The notes under the pieces: model-generated
The model's database searches: none
Seen by the model: only the letters and a program-made list of their open reading frames with translations
Told to the model about the DNA's origin: nothing
Position numbers and translations under genes: made by a program
Part shown: positions 46,946 to 62,000 of the stretch, one piece after another
Layout of the letters: every line of letters begins with the position of its first letter
How positions within the stretch are numbered: position 1 is the first letter of the stretch
Assembly: GCA_004764695.1 (NCBI GenBank)
Contig: SMSO01000031.1
Span: forward strand, 7,484,761 to 7,548,760
Reading direction: 5' to 3'
DNA length: 64,000 nucleotides
DNA from: Schizochytrium sp. TIO01
Lineage: Eukaryota > Protista > Bigyra: Labyrinthulomycetes

Positions 46946-49900
46946 TTGCTCTCCTCTGAGGGATGTACCTTTGTTTGGATGATCTTTGGCTGCTGGCGCG
47001 CCCAGTGGCAAGGCTCTGGATCATGCTATTGGCACATGTTTTTTTTCCTTTCCTTAAAGAAAAGAATATCCTTTGAAAAGCATGTATTACTAATTGCGGA
47101 GAACAGCTGGAAAGTTCTCCCGTTTATTTTCTAAATCAAGAGTCAAACAAGGGAAACAAATCACCGGTCTCTTAGAGGTATGGATAGAATAGGTAGGTAA
47201 GGAAAAACCTTGTCTTATCACCAAGAGGCTAGCACATAATTTATTTTTAATTGGTGCTATAAATAAGGCAGGCTTTTGTAGCTATACACACCATGTTCAC
47301 TTCTTTGGCCATCAAATTTAACTCCGCCGGGCCAGAAAAGGTTGTTCCTAAAAACCGAGTGCAAGCTTACATAAAGTTATTTATGCTTAGCGCAAATAGA
47401 TAGTGTCACCTATGATGAGAGGAGATCAAAAGATTTAAACTCGGCTTTATAGACTAAATGTACTTTATAGAAATAGATTTCACTAGGCGAAGAACATAAC
47501 TCAAAAACTGCTAAATTGAATCACTTTTCATCTAATGTTGAAGTTTGTAAACATTCAACAGCAAAATGAGTACCTGGATACTATTAAGTTTAAAGGAAGA
47601 AAGGGGTAAGAAACAAATAGACGTCTAAAATGCGTGGTTTCGACAAGGAAAGTGGCCTTGCCTGAAGTTTTGAGAAACTTGATTGCATGCGACGTAAAAG
47701 TTCTCTAAGCTGACCGAGTCGGATTTGTTTCGCTAATGATAATCGTCCAAAACGAACCAAGTTAGCCTGGAGCTTCAAAAGAAGGGAGATGCATACGTTT
47801 TGGAATTGATGTGTTGAAAATTGGGAAAGGGCCGATCAAAATTGGGCATGCCTGCTCTTTGGTTTCTGATTCCTTGGACATACAATGCGGTGCTTCGGTG
47901 GAATTAAGAGGTGTGAATGATGCTGCATTTGTGGGTTTGGAGAAAGTCAGGGTCATCCGTTCATCCTCTTGAAGATTCTCTTGCTCCATTGGACAAATGG
48001 CTGTTCGTCAAGCGTGGGGCGATAAGCTGGGCCGTGAGATGTTTGAGTACAGACTAATCGAGCAACTCTCCATGTCGCACCATAACGCATATTCTCTGTT
48101 TCTCTTTCGCACTCAACTGTCGGCGCGTGCAAGGATGCTCGTTCACGTTTGGGAACATGATATTTGCAGGGTCCAAAATCGAAACGGGGACCGGCGCCCG
48201 CTCTAAGACAGTTGGCGATATTCGCTGGGGTCGCACACAACACCCTGAAGGCTAAGCTAGAAGAGCTGCAAGGGGAACTTGGAATTAGTGTTGAAAGTAA
48301 AGCTCGAAGAGAGCAACTGTGTCATAGATAAAAATGATTTAATCAAGTTCAAACACGTGATTCTTCCTCTTTTGTGAAAGCCAAAACTCATGAAGACGAA
48401 AAGCCAATCATTACCGCTCAAATTGCTGTATGCAGATCGCGGTTCATCTGTAGGAAGTCCATTGTGAATATGGCAGAGCAATATCTGAGCAACACCAAAT
48501 ATAAACCCAGGAGATGTTCCACAGATTAAAACACTTTGAAAGAAAACTCTTTGAACGAAAATAGACAGAGACAGATGAAATCTAGAGAGAGCATTTTTGC
48601 TCTTAGGTCCGCGTCAACATGCAACTAAGACATTCTTCTATCCTACCTAAACCCGTGTGTTAATATCATTTATTTTGCAAGTGCATTAGTTTGGGAGCAC
48701 AAGCAGGAGGAAACAATGTCGTGTCCAAGTATTTAAAGCATAAAAAGCATCAGAGCCAGTGATAGTGTGAGGCGAGCTTAAACAGATTTGTTTATTTTCA
48801 CTCATACCAGCAAACTTTAACTTATGTAGACTATCTGTACTGAGTGTTTCTTTTAGCTTTGTAAAGTAATAAGCAATTACTCAATGTTAAGTTCTGCGAA
48901 GCTTTTGAAGCGCACATATTTTCGCAAGCAATGTTTCGCCTTCTGTAAGGCAGAAGACGCTGAAGTAGCCCACCCTCATGGAGATTTGTGTCGAGCTTTT
49001 GATCCTGTGCGAGCGTGCATGACAAGCCGATGCTCGAATGAGCTCTGGGGTGAGTCTTCTGAGCAACAGAATCCATATCTTGCAATCAATCTCTGGCCTT
49101 GCCTATACCTTCTCAATAAGCTTTTATCGATGCATCTCAAGAGAATAGCGTCGTGTAATCACTCCATCGATTTAAGAATGGTCCATTTATTTGACTTTCG
49201 AATGTCTTTTGTAACCTATTCGATTCTGTTTGTACTCATGAGTATACCAGTGTTCACGCACTTGTTGCAGAGGGGTGAGACCAAGCTTAGTTTAGAATGA
49301 TGGTGGGAACTCAAGCGAACTTGGTTATGTTTGAGGGTGCTATTACAACTATGCGTTCTAATAAGTATGCATTGAAGGGAGATTAGTACAAGTTTACGCA
49401 TTCTCTGCTTTCTTTGAGATTACTATAGACAATTTTCACATTGTAATTATAAATTTTGGTCTTGCATTTCTGCGTAGTGCTGACGATGCGAAGGTCCTCC
49501 CTGGTCAAAGTTCAGTAACTCCTCGGTACCACTACTATAACAACTGAGGCAGCTCTTCAAGCAGCTGAGGAAGGTGTCTTTAATTCTGTTTTCCCTCTAG
49601 CATTAGTGTAATTTGGAACCCAGGTAATTAAGGTCGAGAATCGAAAAAGATCCCAGATGGATTATTGTAGCAAAGAAACAATATTGGGTGAGCAGCGGAA
49701 TTTTAGAGAATGACGAAACTAAGCTGTCTGCTTTGATTACTCCCGCAATAGTATTGGAGAATCGAGCAGGGGGCAATTCAAATTACACTCGTGCGATATG
49801 GTGCATTTACCGTCTCGTTAGATTACAAAGCATATCTTAAAAGAGTCGATCATCTTGCATAAATCTCGCACCGCTCAAATCGTGCTAGTAAGTGCTATAA

Positions 49901-52900
49901 AGCACAAGTTTATAGCTAAGGGTTTTTTTGGTCATGCTCAAAGAAGACAACTCACATGGTAGCTCGAAAATTTCAATAAATGAGTGAATATACTGTTCTA
50001 TATATCCATAAAGCGGAGCCCCTTCTTATCAAACGCAAACTTAATCGACAAGCAAACTTCTCGGGTAGCGTATAATACTTGGTCGCATTTCTTCTCAGCA
50101 ACTCGTCAGAGTGTCTTTCATTTAGTGAAACTAGCATAAGCAATACTGTGGAATTCTTTATATAAACTCTGGCGATGTGAAAGTTTTTCCCATTAAGGGA
50201 TGGAAGTCTTCAATTTCTTGATGAAATCCTAATCTACCTCCTTCTCACCATATTCAATAAGACAGCAGTGAATAACATGATTGTGGCTACCCTTAATAGC
50301 ACAGGTACTTAAAGTCTACACGTGCGTGTAGTTAAGCTGAATGTTAAACAATACCAGTCGATGCAGTTATGTGATTCGAGTATGGTTAGATATCAAGCAA
50401 GTGAGGCAAACTATTCTTCACGATGGGGTTCCTGAATATTGCAGTGAGCATGGCCAGAAAAAAAATTCCATATTGAGAGTTAACTGTCAGAACTTTTGTA
50501 AAAAAGCAGTGGTATCGCGAAAGCTTGGGTAAAAACAAAGTTTCAATTTGTTCGGGTATGGAGTTGAAAAATATTGTCACAACTCACAACATAGAAAAAC
50601 TTGAGAATTTCTTTTTATGTATTTACAACAGAAAGGAAGGAAACCATGGTACCAAAGTAGTATTACTTCAGGGTGATCTGCCTGGAGCTAAGTCAGAGGC
50701 AAATGCTTGAACGATCATTATCAAAAGAGAAGAAGGAATGGTAAAGATTTCTTTATCAATGCTTTCCAAAGTCCTTTAGGAATTGGATTGTGTTTGTCCC
50801 TCCAATTTATATTCGTTACGAATGCTTAAAGGAAAAAAACGTCTTGCAATATCGCTCGCCCTCATCTGTTTGATTGCGTACCCAAGAAAGGTAGCTCTGG
50901 CACTTAACGCACTTTTCATCAAATTTTTCAGGAGATGATTTGCGATTACGAACTGAGCTGTTTTGTATTAAAGCTACTCGAGAACGGTTGTTTCGCAATA
51001 CATAAGGAACACTTTCAGGTCTAGCTTGAACCTGAGTCGATAGTTTTCAGAGCAATATAGTGTCAAATATCGGATATCAGTGACATTTTATGCAAAATAA
51101 CTCAAGACTTGAGATGAGCTGCTGAGGTAAGTTGGAAATAATTAGTACAATTCGTTGCCATGATGGTTTGGAGATTTCAGGAAAATACATGAGAAGCCGG
51201 GAAGCTTTTTGGAAAATAAGAATTAACCTACTGATTTGAGAATCTTCCACGGGTTTTAATATGTGGGAAGTTCTTTCTTCAAGACGTTGGGGGGAGGGTT
51301 TGTTTAAAGCTAAGGAACGCAACTATCGTGACTTTAGTGAAAGGGGTGCTTGCATCGCCGCATTAAAGAAGTTGCAGACTTGAGCTTATTTCGGTTAAAT
51401 GCTCGTATGGCAGTTGCTGAAAGTACAAAAGAGGTGCGTGTCTATGCACCTTGATTTGAGAATGGTAAATATATCCCTGAAGGACATCTTGGTATTCAAC
51501 CGTCGCAAGGTAGGTACCGTCCTTTTACCACTCATAAAATGAAATAAGGCCGACAGTGGCAGGAAAGGTTGCATGTACGGTCTGTCACAATTGCCTATTA
51601 CAACACCAAGTATTACGTAAAAATATGAAGAGCTCAAACCTCGACCCATCCTCACAAATGAAGCCCAAACGAATTACCCGATTAATGACAGCACACATAG
51701 TTCACAGGTGGGTGTCATAACATAATTTTCTATTGTTTGTTCCAGATTTAAGCGCCTAAAAAGAGTTGCTGCTGTGTAAATAAACATTAAAACTAGGGGT
51801 TGCTACGACCGAGAGCAGTCAGAAGTATATTGCCATCCATACAATCAATCATCACTTTGAAGAAACTAAATCTAACGGAAAATTGATATCATCGGTACAA
51901 GTAGTGCTACCCATTTACCTAACTGTCTAACAATGCCTTATTTCTGTTGGAAGCAATTGTAGGAGGCAATGCAATGAGGTTCCGGGACATGAGACTTTGC
52001 AGTATTTCAATGCAGGCTGGTGCAGCACACAGAAGGACGCTTGCAGCAGAGTATGTCCTAAAGGCTTTTATGAACGACTCTGCCATCAATAACATTTTAA
52101 TTGAAAAACTCCTTGACACCTGTTAAACACTTCATCTGTATTTCTCCTTACGAGATTTAAAAAAGGGCATGTCCTCGAGAGGGACCTCTTGCCAAAAGCG
52201 AGCGCCAAGGATGCTACAGTTTTAAAACCGAGAAGCTAACCTGCACTTTAGTCAAAGACTGATGCATTCCCTTGAAAAAACAAAACAAAAAACAAACATT
52301 GAAGAAACGGATTAAGCCCACTGACACTGATTTCTGTTGTCTCGCCAACCTAGGGGTTTTACAAACTACGTTCAACTCAGTCAAGGTATAGATAGCTATG
52401 TACTTCATGTCGAACCTTTAAGGAAGAGTACAAACCATATCACCCCTTACGAAGCTACATGATCCCTAAATAGAGCAACGCATAGCACGAAGTGTAGCTC
52501 CATAATTCGCTCGTACGAGCAACAACGCGCAGCACGATTTGGCAGTTAACATTTCGGTGATTGAAAGCTTCAGGCAATTCAATTGAATTTGGGCCAAACT
52601 GGGACTTCTATCGAATGGGCTGCGAGACGGTTATCTAAATGTTTCTTTACAAGTTGGAAAAGCTCGTGATGACGTTTAAATTTAATTTAAACTAGGCCTA
52701 TACGCTGAGATCTTTTCCTGGTAGTTGTGCCAACAGACCTTTCTGACAGCCATCTGGTCCTCAATCCAGCACTCACTCTATTGATTGTGGTTTTTCACAA
52801 CCCCTCTTGATGCAGCGGAACCCAGGTGCTAATTACAATCAACTCGAACAATTTAACCACATAAGAACGTTGCCATCAGCTTTTGTAACTTAAAAAATCC

Positions 52901-55900
52901 TGAAAGGTGGTATATGCCTGACAATGCTTTTCTATGGTAAACCTCAAGTCAAAGCGTCATAATTTATTACTTATGCCTTGCACCTTTTGAGGAACTAAAT
53001 GAATACTTCTACTATGGGGAAAGAGAGAGCGAATCGCAGATTAAACGAGGGAACTTGACATTTTCCAGGCGTAGCTAGACCAGGACGCAGCACGGACGTT
53101 TACACCTGCCACAGAATGTACCCGCACCTTGTCCGGGTAAGGATCTAGGTGAAGGTACATGCCAGCTTAATTATATGCACTGGCTAAAAGAAGAAATCAA
53201 CCATTAAAAAAAGAAAAAAGAATGAATTATTTATTTAGACAATAAAGTTTAAATGAGTTTTATCATGGTAAAATATGCAGGGAAAATGATTTCTCTCTGC
53301 GAATGAAAGCTTTAATGAGGCAATACCTGATATTACATGAATAACATAATGATTCTTAAGTACTACTACTACCCAATGTTTGAGTCGTTTTCTTTACTTG
53401 ATTTTTTTTTTTCTCTTTTACAATATGCGAGCTTCATTTAAAAAAGAAAGAAGAAAAAGGAGAGCCTTTCTTTCAATATATTATGTAAAAATAGAAAACG
53501 AATTGTTATTCACGCTAACCAGATGAGAGAAGAACATTCTTCAGAGATCTCAGCAATCAGGTCATACCATGAGTAACACTAACCATGGCTGTGGATAGTG
53601 CACATAAAGAGGTTTTTAGAATAAGAACTTCTAAATCGTTATTACTGAGTTTGTGTGAATACCATTGAAAATGCCATTATTTGTGGACGGTATCAATTTA
53701 ACTTCAAAAATATAGGTACTCGAGAAAGAATAATACTCAAGTGATATATACTACTGTAAGTATATAGTTCGAGTTGTTTTTAAAAGGGAGAAAAAAGAAA
53801 AGAAAAAAACAATGTAGCTTCTTCTCGCTGGACAAGTGCATAATAAATACGTAATCATTCCGACAAAGTGCAGCAATTGTATACTATGTTAAGTTCACGA
53901 CATGTCTTTTTGAGGAAATTTACAGAATGGAAGTTGAGCATCAAAACAACTTCCGCGTGGCTACATTCAAAGATCTTGAAGTGTCGAAAGTGCTCGATAT
54001 CAAAAGATATGCTCAGTAGACAAAGAACTGAATAGCAGCATTTGGTTATAGCTTTTTTTTTTTTTTTTTTTTTTTAATTTCTGAATTGCATCTTGCAGGA
54101 GCTATGATTAAAGGAAGGCTCCTATGCCGGGCCATCGAACTCCGCCAAGCCATGATAGCAGCCTACGGGGGTGACTTCTTCGAAGCAATCCAGCACCCCA
54201 GAATCTTTACTAACTTTTTGTCTAAAAAAAAAGGAAGGAAGAAAAATCAATGATAGGATTTCTTCAATTAACTTTCTGAAAATAATGATAATATATTATG
54301 TTTTATCTAAAACAAAACAAACAAAATTAAGACTATAAAAATTAATACATTCTTTATCAGCGAGCTGGTAGCAAAAAATGAGAAAGAATTGATTCAACTG
54401 AGTTTCTGGAGACAAGGCACAAGCACGGCTGATTGAAAAGCGACGCGTGTGCTGTAGTTGAGTCGCGCGCGACAATTACGTAGAAACGTGTGAGAGGTAA
54501 GGGACTCAAGGCTTGGTCCAGCCTGAGGAGTACAGCATAAGAGGGGAGACCTTGCACCAAAGGCAGATAGACTTTCATCGCAACACGTGAATTTCTTCGA
54601 ACTGGTGCAGGTGCGAGGGAAGCTCACGTTGGGTTTTGTTTAATTCTTCTTCTGTTCTATTAGACGAGAGAAGAGCGGAGGTAATTGTAATGTTTGATGT
54701 TTAATGACATCAAGGAATCTGCTCTGCTCTGCTGCTCTAATCGATCTTTGCCCCTGCTTACATTATAAAGAACGGCGAATGAGACTTTAATCATTGATTA
54801 ATTAAAAAGGGAATTTCTATGGCTACACGTGCCTATTGGCAAGAAATGATATTATTTCCAATACATGCACTTTTCTTTACTTTGCAACCACTAATTCAAG
54901 CAGAGTGTCCTGACCTGCGTCGCGCTCCATTCGTTTTCACATATCATGTTCCTACAAACAATCGCGCGGTTGTGCTGGTTTTTTCAAAGGAGATGATATT
55001 TCGGGTGATGGCGTTGCTCGAAGTTCTCTCCCACGCGGCATTGTTAAGATTGGGTGGAACTCTTAGAAAAGCTCTACTTAACAAGTAGGATAGACAATCT
55101 TGGGTACCAGTGCCCACTTTTTACAAATTTCCGATGCCGCTCAATGTCGGAAGGGGCTGTCGCTCCTTTTGTGGAGGGTACTGAAATCTAAGTTTGTATA
55201 AGCAGACGAACATCTCTGGAGTTTGTCTTTGTGATTTAATTTGCAAGGTGAAGGAGCACCTTGCTTTATGCGGAATCTCCTGCACTTGAAATTAACAAGT
55301 CGACCCAAATTCAAGCCACCACAATTGACTCTGATATTTCATCTATAGCTTTCTTTTAAAGTTCGACTTGAAGTAAATCTATGATGTAGCCAACAGGATG
55401 CATAAGTCTGATTTGAACAAATTCCATTACCACTAGTAATGATTTTTGAGTTCCCTAGGTAGCTGCCTACCTGGCCTACAGACTCTGAGAGAATGAAAGC
55501 CACCGCCGACAGCACCCTTCGAGTCATTCACAGTCTGTTCACTCCACTCATCAACTCCCGATCAGGTCTTCTAACAATCGTACGATTCATTCACTGCGCT
55601 ATAAAGAAACATCAAGAACGGGCCAATTTCATGAAGAATGCTATTTACTTCAGTGGTTACTACTATTAAATACGAGGCCGCTTCGCCCACTGCTGCGCCG
55701 ATTCTACCATGAACCAAAACTGCAATTTTTTTTGGTAAAAAATTATAATGATTCCCTCCCCTCGCTTTAGAGTTTAATGAAGTGTTCTTTCGTTGTAACA
55801 CATATTCTCTTTGTATATTACGAATAATCGTTTCAACAATAACCACTCTAAATATCGTAGCAGTGATACTGCCTACCAAAAATAGTAACACTTTAATTTC

Positions 55901-58900
55901 CGTCCCTATTCTTTTAATTTTCCTTTTATTTTCAACCTATTATTTTTCATTTACTTAGTCAATTTATGTTGAAGTACCTGGCCCGGGATAGTGTAAGTCG
56001 AGATGGAGTAATGTCTTCGCAGTATAAGTATACTTTTTGCTCGAAAGTTTTTGGAAGTTCATCAATCTTAAATTTCGGTCAACGTTTCAACTCGTCGCTT
56101 AGTAGCCAACCAAAATTGAAAGGTTTGGAATAATAGCTCACAGGTGAACGAATAACTAAAAAAATGCTCGTAGGTAGTCAGGGGACACCCATATGATAGG
56201 GGCAGCAGTCTTCTAATTAAATTAAATTTTAGTGACTGTAAATATTATAATACATAGTACTCACCTACTCTAAAAAATTAAGCTAATTTCTGCCAGTATT
56301 ATGAATTGAAATAATTAAACAAAATAGTTAGTCTGATGATGAAAAACCTATGCAAATTGGATGCTTCCTCTTTAAGTGAAAGAGGAAAAAAGATATTAGA
56401 ATCAAAATAGACAGATAATGAGGCTTAAATTGAATCGTTGAGGATTAAATTGAAAACGTTTCAATATTGAAAAGGTTAGCACATGAATGAGCTTGAACAA
56501 CGCGCCCTCAGCGCGTTGATTCTACATCTGCGCGCCCTCAAATATAAGAGATATGTGTAATCAGATGACGATAACGTAAAGAATATCCCTCTCCCGAGCC
56601 TCGTGAGTGATCAGTGCATAATTAATTACTCAGCAATGTACTTTTTGATTTGAGGAGAAGTGATTGCAGCAGAGGAGGTATGAGCAGAAAGAATTCCTCA
56701 ATATAAATATATATTTACATGATCAAAGATCGTCGCCAACGCATGGCGATTGAGACGCATCTGATCTAAGATAAATTGAATACTCTCTAACTAGGGTAAA
56801 ATTTAATTGAACCCGGATATTGTAAAATAATACGAAGGTCATTCTCATTCGCACATCTCGTTAGGAACACTTACTACCTACTAATAATAGAAAGGACCTG
56901 AGAAAATATTTTCTTCTTTTGAAACATAAAAATAATTTCAAAATTAAGATAAGCATTAAGATAAGTTGAGAACCAAAGAATTGTTACAGTTCGTCAACTA
57001 CTCTCTCACGCTTTGCATGTAAACACAATAGTAGGTTCGGGTGTAATTCTAAATTCGCTAACTTCATGGTCTTCAATTCGTGTCACCAACTTATGTGTAA
57101 AGACTAAGAAGCACGTATTTTTAGCCAAGAAAATGACGACATTGACATTGACACTGGCATGTATACCTTGAGGCTCTGAACTTCTGGAGGTTGCGAATAC
57201 CATCCATTTTATCGATCATCAACTCTTGGCCTTTATTTGGAGCAATTTCCCCAATGAGTTCGATCAGTTGTCAAAGTATCCTCACTCATATGATCTAGGC
57301 CACTATTTCCAGCTAAAGCAGAACGAGAAGTGAGAATATCGAAGCATCTTGTCTTCAAAAGTCATTCGATCTAAACCGTTATCTAAGACTTTCAACAGAC
57401 ATCCTAGAGCCGGGTAGCTCTTAACAAACGAACGAGCAAACGCTGCTTTATATACTTATGGCGCATCGCTTTTAACCCACTCCAGACTTCAGAATGAGTT
57501 ATACATTTTAATCCGCTAGGCACAGCCAGAGCCTAGGCCTTTAGTGTCATTATTCGGGGAACCTGGACAGGCTGCTAAAGGATATTTGTGCCATGGTTTG
57601 GGTGGAATGTTCGAATGAGTAGAAAGTATTGCTGCTTGACGATGCTTGGAGCATAAATCGAACATCCTCAACTTCGGGTCATGGCTTTATTCCCCTGTCT
57701 CCTCAAGTTCGACCTGAGTCGTAGATCTTTTGACTTCTTTAGGTACCTGTTAGTACTTAGGTAGGAAAGTACGCCAATCCTTAGCGAGTTACTTCATTTT
57801 GGCTTTCAAATTTATTATTCTTTAGAGCCATGTTTTTGGATGTGAAGCCGAACGGGGTTTGGGCTCGACTTAATCAACGCAAGTGGGCAGGAGCTGACTT
57901 GATGAATATATTATAAGGCAGGGATAACCCTCTGAGATCTCACAAACCATCGACATGCTCTGTCGTCATATATTGCTGTTTATTGAGCCCGTCAGGAAGC
58001 CTGGAGATAATCCGCACTGAGAGCAGCATCAAAGTAGTAGGTATGTACATAAATCTCCATAAGAGAAAATAATAATAATATAATTATGAATTACTAGTCA
58101 AGGTTTTGTAAGTTAGTTATAACTTTTAATGTTATGTTGCTTGCTCACTTTCTTCTTCTTAAAAAGGTTTTATCTGAAGAACAATTAAGTATTTTTTGCC
58201 TAGCAAAGAAGAAAACTATTATAGAAATAATTTATATAAAATTGTTCAGGAGAATAAAATACTCCTGTACTTTTAGTTGAAACGCCTTGTTTTCAAAAAG
58301 ATCGTTAGGGCTTGCATAGAAGAGCTTTGCGACAATGGAGGAGTACACCGCTTACAGTTTAATTACATTATTTTTTATTATACAAGGCCATTTTTAGAAG
58401 CTTCATTGTACGGTTGACAATAGAGTTATCAAACATGTTATGACGTGATGATCTCCCCAAGTAAACCGACCGTGCGATCATTGAATGACTGAGCTGAAAG
58501 ATAAAGCAACTGAAGATTAGAAGGTTAATCTTCATCTCGTCAGCAAAAGTCATTTCAGTGTGAATTACATAGTAGCAGTAGGCTCATGGGACTAAGTCAG
58601 CTCGTCTCGCAGATAAAACTGCACCTATGTAAAGGTTGAGCTTGGTCGGTTAGCGTGTGCCCACGGAGACTCCTTTGCGGTAAGATCTGCTGAAGATTGT
58701 CTGCCTTCCTGCTGACGTCCAAGTCAAACGATTATAAAAAAATACGCATCCGCTTTAAGACTGATGATAGCAGTCAAACCCACCGCTGCAATTCATTTAT
58801 TGAGGGCCTCACGATCTCGGGACCTCTGCCTTCGAATTTCGTGCAGAAAGTCTGTTTTAAGGCACTCATGCCACTCAGAGTCAACTATACCAATTTACTA

Positions 58901-58935
58901 GAGCCATAATTATTCGTCTTCAGCCAGAGAGCGCG

Positions 58936-59046
<111 letters not shown>

Positions 59047-62000
59047 GGCAAACAAGTAATGCATTCTACTCGTTGCATGCATGATGTGTTGGCCTTATTG
59101 GCCACCCATATGGAGGCCACCCATATCGAGCCTTCGATCAATCCAATTGAGCAGTTGAGCTTTCAATAACGTCCAAACCATTTGCCAACAGTATCAATAG
59201 GAGTTCTCTGATCGATATAACGTCAATCAAAGTGGATTGAGTTCGAGTGCTTGACGACCGTGCTTTGCGTGAGTTTGCACGCCAGTTCTTCCTAAGCGGT
59301 ATATTCTTATTTCTTCTCCTCCTTCTCCTTCTTCTCCTTCTTCTTCTTCATGCTCGTATTGCACTTCGTGCTCGTATTGCACGTTTCGCAGGGACTGACT
59401 GGCAGGACAGCTGAGTGATTCGCGGGGAGGAGCACCTCAATAGCAAAGCAAACGGATGCATATGCACATACGTGCGTACGTTCGTTCGTATGGAATCGTG
59501 CGAAAGCGCTAAGAATGACTTGGCCGTCCCTGGAGCTGTCTGCCAGTGGGTGGGTGCACGCGATATCCCTCTGTCATATGAAGTGCTGGTTCTCAATGAC
59601 AACCGATCGACAGTCGCAGAGCCTGAGTGGTAACATGATACTGCAGCCTCCATCGCAACTGCTCGAGGGTATGTCATCCGACTATCCTAGTTTTTAGTCT
59701 TTCCAGCAGAGTTCTTCTCTTGTGCCAATTATTACATGCATTTGATACATGAGAGAAACCAGATTGGTTGGCCGTAGTCCCATAGAGACCTCAAGGGGGG
59801 GCAATTGGTGTACTAGCGGTTCGGACTAGCGAGTGCTAGCCTCAGGTAGCGGCGTCTTTTGACTCAACGAACCGCTCGCCTGGGGGCGTTGATGGAAACC
59901 TTTGGCACGCTCTGAAAGGCACCCTCTCGCCATGTTGAGGGTTCTCTCTGTACACAGACAGCATCGCCAGAGAAATGGCAGCGCGAGCATGATAGGCTGA
60001 TTGGACGAGGCTTCTTTCACAAACGGCAGTTGCGGAGACGGGATCTTATGATCTAACTGCGCGTGCTTAGCATTTCAATGGGAGAGAGAGAGATTGACTC
60101 GTCTTTTGTTCGTGGGAGTTGCATTGTTATTATTTATTTTATTATTATTATTCCATGCGAAGGATTCTTTTAAATTAAAAAAAAAAAAAACAGGTGCATC
60201 GTATTATATATATTTTAAAAGAAAGAAGATGCTGACGGCGGCACACTTAGAGAGAACGGTAATGATATATATTACATTAATTTAAACACACAGTACTTTA
60301 AAGACCTGGGGTAAAAAGTTGAGGTCATGTTGAACTTAAAATTTTAGCAGCAAAATTTTGAACTGCGGGATTTCTGGTAGCAATCAAAGTGTATGATCAT
60401 TCAGTAAGGTATTTGATAGTGTCAATGTAATTAGTATTAAAAAATACTTTTTGAATAATATTTTTAAACAAAGAGGATTAAAATAAAACTAACATGAAAG
60501 AAGAACCAGACGCATCAACCGAAGGTGTTGAAGGATTCGAAGGGCTTACCTTCTCATTTTGAAACTAAAAGAAATAAGCACGTGTCTTTTGAACTAGGTT
60601 GAGCAGTAAGTAGGCTCTTGAATCCTTAAATATAAAATAAAATGTAATGAAAATAAACACAATGAAAACAGAAGGTAACCTATATTCAAGCTGTTTGCGA
60701 TGCAGGACTGTTTCTTGAAAAGTGCACACAAGATCAGGCACAGATTATCCACAACGGAATAGAAGGCACTATCATATCGTGCCAGTGTTGCCACGTTTGT
60801 TGCATCATCTTCCTCGCAGGCCAATTCTGCCCTTGCAGTACACGCGCTGTGAGATATCCATCTATCTTCTGGTCAGTTCACCTGAGCAAGCAGGAGAAGC
60901 ACGTTCATGCTGGTCCGGCCATGGATCACGCATGACAGACTAGCAAAAGCCCAAGTTCTCCACACGCCGCATTGGTTATACTTGGGCCTGTCTGAACCTG
61001 TCTGGAAACCTCAGCGATGAGGAGCAGGCAGGTGTGTGTGTGTGTGTCTCTGATTGGCTCGTTATAGCTCTGCGTTATTTGGGATCTCCACCTATATGGA
61101 TTCCAGATCAATGAAGTTGCGCTCATCGGAAATTCTCGGAATAGCTTCCTTTGCTCCATTTTGTATAGACCACTCAAGTGTGACAGAGGACAATGAAGTA
61201 GGTTTGCGAACGCTAGTACGCCCTTTAGCTACGCTCAGAGCATGGGCGGTGTAAAGACTAGGAATAAAACAATGCGATCATCCTCTTTGCTTGCTTTTTT
61301 GCTTCTGTAGGAGCATGCAATTATTTGAGCCCTTCTTTACATGGCCCCTGGTTTCCACCCAAGTAAAGAACAAGTAATAAAATAAAAATAAGATGAAAGC
61401 AAGGACCATCTTGAAAGAATACCAGCAATTGAAATGAATGCCGTGTGCCTGAATCCTGGCGACGACCATAGGGAGTAAAAGGGACTCAAACATGAATGCT
61501 GGGCAGGCACAAACTATAAACCATTCAATCCTGATGTGTCCTATAAGTCAACTCACCCTGGTTTCTTTAACTGGTGTCAAAAATGAAGAAAGCATCAGTG
61601 CATCCGCAGCAATGAAAATCAGCAAACGATTAGATTACTTTGTAATATATAGCGAAAGCTTCTTTCGGCGCCGAGAGTTCATGTAATAGCAGATAATTCG
61701 TGCGCAAAACAATTGCGTGAGGCCAGTCGTCCTTGGGGTCGCTTTTACCCATTTAATTCAGTGTCGGGATCATACTTTTGTTTGATGCTCAAAGAAAAAG
61801 CAGCGGAATTTAGAGCGGAATTAGCCGTGCCTTAACTTACTCACTCACGTTGGGTTCATTAGTATGTTCACACCTCCAAAACTATGACTTGATTTGATTG
61901 GATTGGATTGGATTGGAAAGGTAAACAGGTCCCAGCAGTGCAGGAAACTTTTATATTTTCTCCCTCTGGTATCTTGGAAGGGTTAAATCGTACGTATTTT

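Noticed and set aside
56498-56540. Small hairpin CAACGCGC-CCTCA-GCGCGTTG with a repeated CGCGCCCTCA
   Set aside because: An 8-bp stem in isolation; no tRNA, snRNA or terminal-inverted-repeat context.
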